64,000 bases of DNA, from contig MU061538.1 in assembly GCA_013265495.1 (NCBI GenBank), positions 1,490,001-1,554,000 of the forward strand, given 5' to 3'. This document shows, in pieces, positions 11,841 through 24,873 of this stretch (within the stretch, counting starts at the first letter, position 1; every line of letters starts with the position of its first letter). This DNA comes from Vicugna vicugna. Its lineage: Eukaryota. A model generated the notes under the pieces. It did no database searches. It was not told the DNA's origin and saw only the letters and a program-made list of their open reading frames with translations. A program made the translations under genes and the position numbers.

Positions 11841-12499
11841 GACTCGACACTGAGATTTGCTCTGAGCCTCCATCCTGGCTGGAGGAAGTCTCCCTGCGAT
11901 GGTGGAACTGGCCTCCCGCTGGGCACAGCCCTGTGTGAAGTGGAGCCCGTGTGACGGGGCTGCCTTGGTCAGCAGGGCTGCTTTACAGGACGAGCCCTAG
12001 TTCAGCGTCCTCCCCGAGCTCCGTGAGCGGGCAGGTCTGGCCTGGCCTGTCACCCCAGCCCCCAGGCGCAGCGTGTACCTGCTCGGCCAGCAGATTTGCG
12101 AGCCCACCGGGCCCCGGGCTGCCTCCCTCTGTGCGCACGTCTCAGCTGGCCGGCTGCAAACCGCACGAGGCCTGAGCCAAAGGCCAGGCAGCTGCCGGGT
12201 GGCGTCCGCCGCGTGGGTCCAGGGGAGGGGCGGTTCTGGCCTCCCGCAGGGTGTGCAAACTCAGCCTCTTGGTGCGTCCCCACTGCCCCAGGGAGGACGA
12301 GCCCAAGTCACCTGTGGGCGCTGAGCTCTGTGGCTCCAGACACCAGCAAAGAGGGGTTTCCGTCCTCCAGTGGGGCTGCTGCTAATCCGGGAGTGACACA
12401 GGCGGCGCCACCGCGCGGGTGGGAGGTGCTCCTGGGGAACGTCCATGTGTCCTGGGCAGGCCGTCTCTGGGGCGGCGTCCGTGGGCGGTGTCATTTAGC

Positions 12500-12865
12500 T
12501 GGCGTTTTTGGGTTCCTAGAGTTGCCGTAACCCAGCACCACAGACAGGTGGCTTCACAAAGGAGGCTATTCTCTCCCATCCTGGGGGCTGGACGTCTGAG
12601 ATCCAGGTGTGGGCGAGGCTGGCCTCTCCTGACCTCCCCCCTTGGCCTGTGAACAGCTGTCTCCTGTCCTCACGTGGTTGTCCCTCTGTGCATGTCAGTG
12701 TCCTAGCCTTGTCCTCTTAGAACAACCGTCCTATTGGATTTGGGCCCATCCATAGGACCTCTTTTAACCTTAAGCAACTCTTTAAAGGTCCTGTCTCCAA
12801 ATCCAGCCACATTCTAAGATAACATGATTTGGGGTGGGGTGGGGGCAGAAATCCAGCCCATAGCA
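12500..12865 (-). mobile_element. MLT1A0/MLT1B-like (ERVL-MaLR) solo LTR
   Basis: TTGCCGTAACCCAGCACCACAGACAGGTGGCTT...TATTGGATTTGGGCCCA...CTCTTTAAAGGTCCTGTCTCCAAAT...CCAGCCCATAGCA follows the recalled consensus end to end. Confidence 0.85.
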
Positions 12866-15332
12866 CCAGGGATTTTTAAGAATGATAGATCTTTAGGCAA
12901 GGAGGAGGCAGTAATGTTTCTGGGGCCACAGGAGCAAAGAGAGCAGGACAGGACCGTGCAGGGTGAGACCGGGGGGAGGGGCTGCCTGGCGGGGAGCCCC
13001 ACCCCTCCACTTCCCCCCCGCCGGCTCCAGCAGGGAGTCTTCCTTGGCCTCTGACAAGGAGAGAGGTTTTCTTTTGCAACCGAGGCATCTTCCAGAGGAA
13101 AGCCTTAATAAATGGGTTCAGCACGGTTTGATACCCATTTATAAGAAGATCCTAAAACAAAAATTAAAGGGAAAACATTTATTATATCAACATATAATCT
13201 GTTTGCAACTTCGGCTAATGACAGTCTTTAAACCTGTCATTTTTAGGCCAGAGGCAACACCAGCATTACAAAGGGGAAAATAATCAATCCAGGTGTTTCC
13301 TTTCACAGACAGCCCCACGTTTCAGAGCTGTTTAGCGGTGGCACCCCCCGAGGGGCCTGTGCCTCCCGGGCAGACCCCATTCGGGTGGGAAATCCAGGCG
13401 TGCTCCCGTGAACTCAGCAGCTTTCTGTCTGCTCGACAAGTCAGTCCTTCTCATCCTTCCCTGAGCTGTAAAAGGCCTGTGGTTTTAAAACGCTGTGTGC
13501 TAGCAGCTCACAGCTTCAGGGTTTGCGCTCCCCTGGAAAATCTAACAAAGGCACGTGTGTCCAGGCCACGGACCGGCCCGCTGATGAGGGGGTCCACGGC
13601 CCAGCCCACTCTCCATGCAGTGCCTTCGCCCGGTCCCGAGCCCAGGAACCCTCTCGTAAGCACGATGGTTCACATACACACACACGTGTGTGCCCGTGGT
13701 CACACACACCGTGCATGCGTGTGTGAGCCTGTGATTTCTCAGTTCTCCTGGCCTGATTTCTCCAGCAGTTGAAGTGACTGGGATTAACATGTCAAAGCTC
13801 CCACCAGAGGAGCAGTTCTCCACGGTGCGCGCCGCTCGTCTGCGCTGACGCTGTTACTGGTTCATGGTGACTAATGGAAAACGTCACAGAAGTGCAGGTG
13901 TCTTAATTTGATCCCTTGCTTGGCAGCTCAGAGCCCCAGCGTATGGCGGCTTTAACACTGGCTTTTCAGGAGAAGCATCACTGACCCTAATACTGGTAAT
14001 GCTGTGGTAAAGTCCATGGCATTGGTGCTCACGGTGGGGGGACGCGTCCCCAGAGTGCAGGGTGGAGGAGAGCTGGGCTCATCGGCCTTGGCAGTGACCC
14101 CCACGCCCCCTGCGCCCTGCAGACCTCAGATTTGAGAGGGGGAGGGTGGGCAGGAGGAGACAGAGGAGGTGAGGAAGGAGATGCCTGAGTTAGAAAATAA
14201 CGCCGGCTGAGGACATGGGAAATGGGCTCTGAGCAGCAGGAAGTCCCGAGCGGTCACTCAGCTTCTGTCGAAGGCGAGCGCGGGGCTCCAGAGCCGCCCG
14301 GCGTGTTCTCCTGGAGAACCGTTCTCGGCAAAGCCAGGTTCCCACGGAGCCCCTGGTCCGACCTGGCTCGGGACCGTCTCGCCCGCACCCCTGAGAGACA
14401 CTCCCCTTCCTGGGGGCCTGGTCCGGGGTTCACCCCGCGGAGCTCACGCGGCATTTGGGATGGCTCTGTTAGGACGCCTTCCTGGAGGCTTTCCACTGTT
14501 CTCTCCTTGTACGTCTGCGACACAAGGAAGGACGGGAAGACAAGCCCTCTGCTTCCCCTGAGCGCCCGCGGCCCCCAAGGAGGGGCGGGCAGAGCCGTCG
14601 GGGGAGGGGGGCGAGCACACCTTGTTCACCACGTCGGTCACAGTCTGCGCACAGACTGCTAACAGGCAGACCCTCCAGCTGGCGGCGCTGGTGGAGGAAC
14701 GGCCGAGGGCTGGCCCTTCGAGGCCCTGGGTGGCAGGTGCCACGGTGTCTGTCCCTGGCCCCCTCCCCCACCCGTAAGTTGGTCCAGCACTTCAGGAAGA
14801 GATGGGAGCTTCCAGAACCCTCTGCGCTGCTACTGAAAAGGATGAACAGAATGGAGGACGTGAAGATGGAAATAAAAGGACTTTAAGGAAATAGGAGGCA
14901 TAGAAGTTGTCTCCAGACTGGACTTCCAAGCGAGGGAAATCAAGGAGAGAGAGCGAGTCACCGTCCCGGGCCCCTCGGGCGTCTCCCGCAGGACGAGCCC
15001 TGAGCACGGGTGGGGGGGGCACGCTTTCAGGAGGAAGTTGTGATGCCCTAGGTCGCATTGGCACAGAGAAGGACGCTCCTGCTTCCCGTAGACCACGCAG
15101 GGCTGTGGGGAGCATGGTCCTTGGGGACACTCACCCTGGACGGGCCACAGAACAGGGTGCGCCTAGGACCCCACCGAAGGAGCGTGGTGCACACACAGCA
15201 GCCACTCGGAAGTCCTGGTGGCCACGCTGGAGAGAGCTCACCTATTAGGGACTTAACTGTATGTGTTTACAAAGACACGAAATAAGCCAAGGCTTCAGAG
15301 TATCCAAGTTTCACTTTGAAGATTGTCTCTCC

Positions 15333-15500
15333 AGTCACCAGCCATGACCTCGGGCAAGTGAACTCTCTGGGGTTCCGCTGGCCATGAAAAAAATGGGGGT
15401 AAGAGTACCAACCCCCCAGGGTGCCGGGAGGATCTAGTCGGAAGAGGCACGTGAAACGTCACGCGGGGCTAACGCACGGCCCTGTGTTAAATACAGTTAC
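15333..15500 (+). mobile_element. MIR SINE fragment
   Basis: CCATGACCTCGGGCAAGTGAACTCTCTGGG...AAAATGGGGGTAAGAGTACC matches the MIR core. Confidence 0.7.
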
Positions 15501-15689
15501 TGGAATTAGAGGCCAAAAGAGAAAATATCTAGATAAAATGATAAAATCAGATATACTGATTTGCCACAAGATCATGTCTTTGAAACATTTAGCGTCAGTC
15601 GGAGAATGTTTATCAGATACGTAAATGATGCAGAGCTAGCACGTTGCACATTTCACCCAGGCTCAGAGAGACTGCAAGAGCGTTAAAGG

Positions 15690-16115
15690 TTCCCATGCCT
15701 TCATTCACTGACTCCACTCTTAGCAATTTAAACGAATCAGATAATCAGAGGGGCACAGAACTATTTACGGACAGGGTGTTCGTTGCAGATTAATTAGTGT
15801 TACATAACAATTAAAGAATTCTAAATGTCCCACAATGAGGACTTCATTAAATAAATGGTGGCGTAACTCTAAAAACCTTTTGTGTTTATTTAAACAAGAA
15901 TATGTAATGATGTGGGAGCGCATGTGCAGTGTGTCCTCACGTAGACAGTGTCTTGTGTAACGTATCGATTGTGTGTTTTGTGTGCTTGTGTCTCTGAGAG
16001 AAAAAGAAAAGAGAAATTAAAAAAGCCCTTCTGTATTGAGAGAGTTATTGCTAGTGGGATATTGTAGGTCATTTTTAGTTTCCTTGTTTACACGTCTCTC
16101 TGTTTCTCAAATCTC
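15690..16115 (+). mobile_element. Old L1ME-like 3' fragments
   Basis: TCCACTCTTAGCAATTTA...CTAAATGTCCCACAATGAGGAC...TTAAATAAATGGTGG and GAGTTATTGCTAGTGGGATATTGTAGGTCATTTTTA resemble diverged L1ME 3' ends. Confidence 0.5.
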
Positions 16116-16469
16116 CCGTTGGCAGTAGAGGGAAACTGTTCAGGTATCTCAGCCACCTGTGACGGTGACTCAACAGAACAAGAAGAAATGGAACCTGAGG
16201 CTGCAGGGTGTTCCGATTGGGTCCAAAAAAGCTTAACTCTGTACCAAAAAAAAAAAAGGTAAAAAATATAAGAGGGAAAAATCTACTGAAAAATTATTTT
16301 GAAAGAGATTTTTTATTTTAGCGATCTGTGGCCTCTGTGTGAGTTTTCAGTAAGGTTTAAATCCCCCCCAGATCTTTTGTTAAGTCTGTCCTCTGCTATT
16401 CATTCATTTTGCAAGAGCAAGGCAGTGCAGAACACGTCAAAAGAATTGTGTGCGTCTGGTTACTGAGTC

Positions 16470-16900
16470 TTTTTTTTTTAATTGCAGTACAGTTGATTTA
16501 CAGCCTTGTGTTAGTTTCTTGTGTGCAGCACAGTGATTCAGTTATACTACGTACGTGTATATTCTTTTCCATCGTAGGCTACTGCAAGCTATCGAATGCA
16601 GTGCTGCACAGTAGGACCTTGTTGCTCGTCCATTTTGTATACAGTAGTTAGTGTCTGCTAATCCCAAACCCCCAACTTATCCCTCCCCAGTTTCCCCTTT
16701 GGTTCCATACCTTGGTTTTCTGTGTCTGTGAGTCTGTTTCTGTTTTGTAAATAAATTCCTTTGTATAATTTTTTAAAAATTCCACATACAAATGATGTAT
16801 TTGTCCTTCTCTGTCTGACTTACTTCACTTAGTATGATCATCTCTGGGTCTGTCCATGTTGCTGAAGTGGTATTAACGCATCTTCTTTATGGCTGAGTAT
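16470..16900 (-). mobile_element. LINE-1 3' end, antisense
   Basis: Poly-T then AATTGCAGTACAGTTGATTTACA...CAGTAGGACCTTGTTG...TGACTTACTTCACTTAGTATGATCATCTCT...TTTATGGCTGAGTA. Confidence 0.92.
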
Positions 16901-19900
16901 GGTGACCACATCCTAAGAGGAGCATTGATAAGCAAGGCTGTGTCTTGGTGGAGAAACCAGACTGGAGAAGGTTCTGGAAGCCAGAGGGGGATGGGGTGAC
17001 CGGTGTGCACCGGGAAGGCACTGGAGGGGCTGAGCAGGGCCCTCAGGTGTTTGAGGCTGTCGTCGGGCAGAGCGTCCGACTTCGTAGGTGTGAATGCAGA
17101 GGGGAGCCCAAGGCCTGGGCCTGCCTGTCGGGGGTGGGGGCTGGGGTCAGCCTGTCCTGGAGGAGGGCTTGGCGCTCTCCCCAGCAAGCGTGTGATGCCT
17201 CTGCAGGCTAAACACTTCTTACTCCCAGTGTCACCCAGTGTCCAGGTCCTCTCCCAGCTGCTTGGCGTCACGTGGCCAGGCCAAGTTCTGCCAACGCACA
17301 TCTCCTCTAAGCTCCCGGCTCTGCTGACCGGGCCGCCCGCGTGGATGCAGGTCTAGGAGGAGAGGAGCGCTGCGGAAGGGGCCAGGTAGAGCCCATGGAC
17401 AGAAGGCCATCATCGTCAAGGTCAGGCAGTCTGGGAGCGGCCACTGAGAATGTAGTAAGACAGAAACCAAAACTGCATGCTAAATAGTTTTTTTTAAAAA
17501 AGCCCAGTTGATCGACACTCTATCTAGAAAAGATATGAAATTAATAATATGAAAATACATAGTCTTCTAGTTAGTAAAACACGTTATAATTTCAATTATA
17601 TGCTAATTTTAAAAATACTAAATGAATCAAGTGTTGATTAGGCCATAATCTCCCCAGCAAAGCCGGCTGGCAGTAAGATGTCACACCCTCTAGTTCACAG
17701 TTGAATTTCATAACACCGTCCCAAGAGAATCTTTTTTTTTAACATGCGAAACAAGAGAAATTAAGAGCAGTTTCAATTTTCCCAAGAGATTCTTTTAAAA
17801 TTTTGTGTTTAAATCATCCTCTTTCACGTGCATATTTTATCACCCTCTTTTAAATTTTCTTCTTTCCAGCTGTTAATCAGTTAAAGCCCACAGTGTCCTC
17901 GTTGACAGAACGTGTGGATTTGTTCACGATGGGGCTGTTTCTCCTACATCCGCTTCACTGACTTGAAACCCATCATTTTGTGTCAGGCTGTCAGTATCCC
18001 CTTGGAATGGCTTGTGTGGTGCTGGCCTGTACTCTTGGGTGTTTGAGACCTCAGACCTTCACTGACCAACTGGCCAGGGAGACTTGACCTTGTGGGCAGA
18101 ACAGCGGGGGCCGAACGTCGTAGGTGCTGAGCTCACTGATGAGTGTTCTCACCCTTGGCTGGGCTGCTCTTTCTGTGTGAAACCCTGCAGGACCTCAGAC
18201 ACTGGGCGTGGGTGACGAGACCTGGCAGGACTCAGAGGCACACAGAAACCGAACACAACAGACGGACCGTCGAAGTGGGTGGCGGTGGCAGCAGCCCCTG
18301 GGGGTTCGGGCTCCCGTATTTGGAACCCCCGGGGCCAGATGAGGTTCAGAACTCAGAGGATCCAGGCTGCAGACGGGGAAAAAGGTGCATGTACCAAATA
18401 TTACACAACCGTCCCGGGAGACGCGGCGAAGGCCCCCAGAGTCAAGCACGTGATTCCTTCCGCAACGAGACATGAATATTCACACCAAGTGGGATAAATG
18501 GGGACTAAAAATAGCCTCCCGTCACTTCGGGACAGGATTCATCATCAAAAGAGTAAGAAAAATGCTGGGTGTTTGGGGGCGGCCTGGGGCTGCGGGGGCT
18601 GCAGGGGGTGGCGGGGCTGCGGGGTGAGCGCCTGGCTTGGGTTTGTGTTGGCCTGGGTTCAGAGCCTGCCTTTTCTTCCATGGACTTTACAGACAGCCCT
18701 CTCTAAGTCTGCTTTTCCTGATAACGAGAGAATCGACTCAGCCGGGGGTTTCTAGAACCTTTTTGCCTGTTTCATTGTTTCTTCAGGCAGGGCTTGATGT
18801 AAACACAGACTTCAGACCAGCAGAATGAGTGGGGGGCACCGTGTGTATGGTGATGGGGGCGTGAACGTGTTCAGCAGGGAGACGAGAGGAGAAACCAGCA
18901 ATGGGGGGGTGGTGGTTACAAGGGTCCTTGCTCCCTGGCTGAGCAGCAGTTACCTCCCTGAAGTGGGTGCAGAACTGCAGAGGACTTCTGAGCAGGAGGG
19001 TAAGTGTCATGAATTTGGTGGGTTTCCACAGTCTCAAATAACCACGGCCGACTCCGGCAGGTCCAGGGTCTGAGACTGTGTCATTTCAGCATTTCAGCAT
19101 GAGCGAGACTCTTTATTGACCACTTTTCATTACAGCCTGTGACTCAGTTGCCCACACGTGCAGTCTTATCATAACTAACGTGGTGTGTTGACCACAACAT
19201 CTCTCTTCCGTGTAACAGGCACCACTGGCTCCCGTGGAAACCTGCAAACCAATTGCTGGTGAATTTTCCCCCGTGACCATCGGTTGCAGCCACTCCTAAT
19301 AAGGGGTTGGGGTCCCTAATGTGATTGTGGAGAGAGGAGCTGTCAAAAGCAAACCTCCTGGGCTTGAATCCCTCTTCCCTCGCTTACAGACCTCAGGGAC
19401 GACTCAGACAAGGGAATGAGCCTGCCTCTGTCAGGGGAGGGTCTCGGTGGTGCTGACCTTGGGCTGCTGTGCGGGTGAGAGCGGGAACCCTCTCACGGCC
19501 CCGTGCGGGCTCTCCTGCCCTGTTACCAGCGTCCTCAGGAGTCTTGCTTGGCTGGGTTGGGGGGGGTGGATTCCTTAAACCAGTTATTCTTCATGGTGTG
19601 GCAAAAAAATACGGAACAAGCCCATTTGATCAGGGCTGAAACTGATCATCGCGGGGTGATGGATAAACACCGAATCACTGACGACATTTTAATCATCATC
19701 TTAATACACTCGGAGCTGGTGTGTACGTCCAGGCTAAATCGAGGAGAGGCTGGTGTGGTGTAGGCTCACAGCGATGCTCAAAGGCGCATGGTGGGGGCAG
19801 TAAAAGCCGGCCTCTTTCTGGAGCTTACGTTCCTTGTTAACTCGACGCCACGTTCTCCATCTCACTTCTTCCGAACCTTTCCCCGGGGTGCTGAATGCTT

Positions 19901-20799
19901 TTCTGGTGGCTTATCAATCAGACGGTTGGCACCTGTGCACAAAGGGCGCCTACAACGGACTCACTCCCCGGATGTTGTGTCTGTGACGACGATCCTCTTC
20001 ACCCCAGCCTGGGACGAAAGTGGCCCTACCAGCGAAGGGCTCCTGCAGGGTGTCTCCGTGTGGTCTGCTGTTGCTTGTCTGCCTGTGATATTTATAGCAA
20101 CGTGTCTGAAGTTCGAGCAAACGTGGTTTTAGCTGCCGAACTGGAAACAGCACGGAGACACCAAACTAGAGCGCCCGGAGCCCTGGTCTGCCGGCCACGC
20201 GGGATGGTGGGTGGGGCGCCGCCCTGGGACTCCGGGCCGGGCTTCCACTCACCTTTAATGGCTCGGCTGTCTGGTCATCATTTTGGTTGGTCTTGTTGTT
20301 GCTTGTTAGAGATTGGGTTTGGTCATTAACAATGGCCACTATCAGTGACAGGTGACTTCTGTCTTCTCTCTTTTGAAATGTGGATCGACCTAAACTAACA
20401 GCAAAATACAACTCTTTTTTGGATATTTGAAAACGGAACTATGTTTCGCGTCTGTTAGGATTTCTTGGGCTTATTGGGAAAATGCTATGTACAGCGAGCC
20501 TGATGGGTTTGAACTTGGCTCAGGCTCATGTTCTCAGAAATTCAACTGTGGAATCACACTGTTAAATGCTGTTAATTCAGCCTCCAATTGGTAAGTTTGC
20601 TGAAAAGACTCTGAAGTTTCTGAAATTTTAAAGAAATATCATAATTTCTTCAATTTAATACTTTCGGTCCCGAGGTGATGTAGTAAACACCGGCGACTTG
20701 GCCCGCGTCTCCCTGCGCTTCTCTCGGGCACAGAGGCTCGGTGAGCTGTCGCTTAGGGTCCCCAGGATGCAGACAGCGGTGTCTCCCAGAAAAAGGGGA

Positions 20800-21215
20800 A
20801 GACTCCCGTCTTAATGCCCTTGGAGACATTCTGGTTATTCATGAGTTAACTGACAGGGCCCATAAATAAATTATGGGTGCGTTTTTAGACCACTTTGCTG
20901 AGAACAAGAATGGCAGAAAATATCACAAGGCTGTCAACTCACATTAAAGCTCAGCTGCGCGCCACGCTCTGTGGGGAACGCGGACAAACGGCACTTTTTG
21001 TCGCGTATTCAAGCTTGCTTTACTGATTGGCTGGTTGGAAGAGACATTTATCCCCGACTGTCGTCTCCGCTCTGACGCAGCATCCTCCGGGCGGCCGGCC
21101 CTTCATGTGCTGCGTACGGTTCAGGCAGGAACGTATTTCACAGACATAAAGATCATCCATTAGGGCCTTTAAGAGTGAAGATAATATCGTTTTTAATGTG
21201 GATTCCATTATGGAG
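20800..21215. promoter_or_regulatory. Candidate developmental enhancer (HOX/TALE motif cluster)
   Basis: TGACAG at 20851-20856 next to the inverted repeat CCCATAA-ATAAA-TTATGGG at 20859-20877; CTGTCA at ~20931; TGATTGGC at ~21024; several TAAT/ATTA cores. No repeat recognised. Confidence 0.4.
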
Positions 21216-21844
21216 AAAGCCGCCCAGGACGGGGAGCTGCGCCTCCGCGCCATCTGCCCGTCTTGGCCGGGGTCCCCTCGCCGCCCTAATGCACCCGCCG
21301 CCCCACCCCCGCCGAGCCCCGGCCTTCGGGCCCCTCGCTGTGGAGGCCGGGCCACGTGTCCGCACAATTGCACAGAGGAAGTGATTTAGGACATTACGGG
21401 CCAAGAAGGGGGGTGAAAATCAATACCCATCACCATCAGATGGAGGTCTTGTCACCACCGCTGTGAACTAGAACCATTTCCCCCAGCCTCCTGCATCTCT
21501 GTCTTGAATCCCTCAGGACATAAATCCCTCTCCCCTCCGCATTGTGCACCCGGACTGCAGTCAGCTACCCTCCATGGCAACAGAACCCCGGGACCTCCCT
21601 GAGCCGCTGCTTCTGCAGAAGCCTTCTCGTCAGCCTTTCTGCCCCAGTCTGGTCCGTGTGTTCACTCGCGACACGGCAGCGACTCACAGGTGCCCACTGT
21701 GTGACAGGCACTGTCCCCGGTCCTCCCGCCACCAAACTGTGACTTGCCGAATGGTACTTTTCCCAGGATAGGCCGGCATGTGCTAGGGCTTTTAAGATGT
21801 GAAAAACAAAAGACAGAGCTTCCATGTCTCTGACCCAGACGGCT

Positions 21845-22030
21845 GTTCATTCATTCACACCTCCCTGCATTCAACAGCATTTACTGTGTCTCAGCCCTTG
21901 GAGAGTCTTCCTGCAGGGAAGAGCTTCCTGTAGATCAAGTTAAAGCCAGACCAGATCTGGGCAGATATGGGAGGAGACAGCCCTGAGAACAGTGAGAGTG
22001 TTCAGACCGAGGGTCCTGAGGATGGTGCTA
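21845..22030 (-). mobile_element. L2 fragment
   Basis: TTCATTCATTCA...CATTCAACAGCATTTACTG is the typical antisense L2 3' tail. The following purine-rich sequence is L2-like but diverged. Confidence 0.5.
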
Positions 22031-22363
22031 GAGAAGAAGGGTGATGGCCGAGCACTGGGTCCTCCAGGACACGCGTGGATGCCGGAGGGGAGTCTGGAGG
22101 GGCCGATGGCTGTCAGAGTCCTGATCTGGTCGGTATCAAGAGGCTCCTGCACCTCATGTCCCTGGCTGGGAGAACGTGGCCCAGGGGAGCATGAGACAGA
22201 GACAGAGCTGCTGGCATCAGGACTGAGATCTAGGATCCTGGGTCCTGCAGAATCAGCCCTGGAGTCTGGAAGAGTCCTGTGGTGGCCCGGGGACCAACAC
22301 GGATGGACAGGTGCCAGGCCGGGTCTTCACTTCTTTTGTCTTTCTTCTCCTTCCGTTTCCCAG

Positions 22364-24700
22364 CCACAGACGACGAGAGCTTTGATGCCAAAGAGGACAA
22401 AATAGCGATCAGTATCAGACCCTTTGCTTTTCCAAACTCTGTCCTGGGCCTTTCTCCAAAGATGAGGAAGGAAAGTCGCCCCAGAGATCCTCTTGGAAGG
22501 ACCAGCCAAGGCTCGGAGAAGCAGGTCTGGTAACTTTTGGTTCCAGGTTCACTCCCTTGGCCACTGCTGCAGAAAAAGGAGTGCACCCACACCTGTCAGG
22601 TGCTTTGAGATCTGGGAGTCGTCTGCTTGTGGTCTTGGAACCTCGGAGGATGTCACTGATCTTACTGAGGCCCTTTTCACGGTCCACCAGAAGGGCTTCC
22701 CTGAAAGCAGGCGAGGAGTCCAGGAGAGCGGCTGGACAGAGCGTTCCTCCACCAGAGCCCTGTCCTGCCTTCCTGAAGGAACACGCCTCCCGAGTGTCTC
22801 CTGGCACAGTCAAGAATTAGGGTGGCCGTGAACGGTCTGCACCAGCCAGACTAGAGTCCAGGTTAAAGCCAGTTTCCCAGGAAACCTCCCTCCTTCTCTG
22901 AAAGTCCTAAGGCCACGGCTCCTCTGTCAGAGGGTGGTACCCAATGTGTTGAGGCCACAGAAATAGCTCTTGATTAACTTAGCCAAAAGGGGGAAAAGCT
23001 GAACTGCCCATCCTCGGAGGAGGCAGGGATCAGGGCAGCCCCAGGAAGCCCTGCAGGAAGAGTCACGGTCAGCTCCTGGGACGTCTCTCCAGGGGCCACC
23101 ATCAGGTGCCGTGGCACCAGTGTCTCCCGCGCATGCATGCTCACCTCGGGGAAGCTCTGCGGTCTGGTTCTCGTCTTGGGCCCGCTCGAGGGGCTCACCG
23201 GTTGAGCAGGGATTTCAGGTGCTATGATTAACCCAGGCAGCTGCACATGCCTCCCCCGTGGGCAGGAAATACACTGTTTCCTCTGTGAAGCCAGGGAGAG
23301 CTGCTGGCAGACTGCAGTGGGAGCCACATGTCTAGTCCCCGTCTCGGCCACCAGCACAGGTTACACTGTCTTCTTCCTGTTGGTGCCACCTGTCACGAGC
23401 GCAGCTCTCTGGCGAACAGCTGCCAATGTGTCCGCCTTCTCACGGATGGAAGAAAAATCCAGTCACGTACAACCATCTCACCTGCCAGGGATGCCAGGGG
23501 CGCAGCTCCAGGACCTCTGGCTGGCGGGCATTCATCCTGCCACGGCTCTAACCCTGCCCTGCCCTGCTGTTGGGCAAGCCCTGGAAGAGGCGGCAGCTTT
23601 CCCACATTGGTACATGCTCTGCTTTTTAGCAGTCAGCGGAAAGAGGAAGGAGAAAACGCGTTTTTGATCACATAAAGCAGCCAATAAAGGGAGAGCGACC
23701 ACGAGCCTCCAGGGTGCTGCCCAGTGCATCCGCTCTCCTCGCCTGTGTCCCCACTTGCCTCCAGGTATTGAGGGGCTTCCCCTGGCAGGTGACCCGGGCA
23801 CTGGTTTCTGTAGGGTGTGGGTCTAGGATTTTGTACATAGGACCGTGGTGCTTTTCCACGACAAGTTACCACAAGGAGGGATCCACAGAATCTCCTTATT
23901 CCACCCACATCCCTTCCTTCCATTTTGAAGCAGAAACCTTACTTCTCCTTTTTCCCCAGTTAATCTTAAGTTACCATGGTGGTCTAGCTGAAGACTCAGC
24001 TTCCAGCTCAGTGTGGGGGAAGAAGTTGTGGACCATGGAATAAAACTCTTCTCTTGAACATGGAACACTTTGGAAACTAGAGCTCATAACTGCAGGGACA
24101 GGATGCAACACACTGAGAATTTCGTTGTGGATTTGATCTTGAGATGGTCATCACCGTTCCCACCACTGTGCCCCGAGTGACCTGTCAGAAGAGGGCTAGA
24201 GGGAGGTGCTGGAAGAAAGTCTGTCCCTGCAAGAGGATGTCCCTGGGTGGGGTGGACGGTGACAGCGTATCACAGTCTTCCCTCATCAGATCCAGACCTC
24301 AGGCTCTTTCCCGAGGAAGGGAGGACTCTGTGTCTCTGGACGGGGAGGACTGACTCTCCTGTCCGAGGGCATCAGAGGAAACCACCTTTGGCAGCTTAGA
24401 TTCCGAGGTGACTCTTCCCGTCGCCACTCTGGTGGGTGGACACCTCCCCAGGTGCTGAGAGGTCTTCAGCCACCAGGTGGAGATACCGGAAGCCTGTCCA
24501 GCAGGGAAGGGACCCTAACCCTAACCCACTGTCTTCTAAAGGAGAGCCTCGGTGTCCAGCACAGCCCTGGGGGCCAAAGGTCCTGGAGGAAAATAGAGAA
24601 GCAAAGGCCGGGGGTGGGGGCAGGGTCCCTGTCCCAAGAGGTGCCGGGAGGACGGGCTGGCTCTGCCTGTATGTGCAGCTTTTCTGAGGAACAGCTCAAA
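22364..24700 (+). pseudogene. Candidate decayed large coding exon of an unknown gene
   Basis: Very strong acceptor (a pyrimidine tract of ~38 nt at 22324-22361, then AG at 22362-22363). Protein-like segments follow in shifting frames (TDDESFDAKEDK; NSDQYQTLCFSKLCPGPFSKDEEGKSPQ; TSEDVTDLTEALFTVHQKGFPES; DSVSLDGED). No repeat recognised over ~2.3 kb. The 3' end is uncertain. Confidence 0.4.
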
Positions 24701-24706
24701 CGCCAA

Positions 24707-24873
24707 GGATGCCGGGCCCACACCCCGAGGAGGCCGGGCCCACACCCCGAGGATGCGGGCCCACGCCCCGAGGATGCGGGCCCACGCCCCGAGGATGCCG
24801 GGGCCACGCCCCGAGGATGCGGGACCACGCCCCGAGGATGCGGACCACGCCCCGAGGATGCCAGGGCCACACC
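24707..24873. repeat. GC-rich minisatellite, 20-22 bp unit GGATGC(C)GGGCCCACGCCCCGA, 7 full copies plus 1 partial
   Basis: Units counted directly, starting at 24707, 24729, 24751, 24772, 24793, 24815, 24836 and 24856. Confidence 0.95.

Noticed and set aside
24707..24873. CRISPR-like array
   Set aside because: Units are head-to-tail with no unique spacers, so this is a VNTR.
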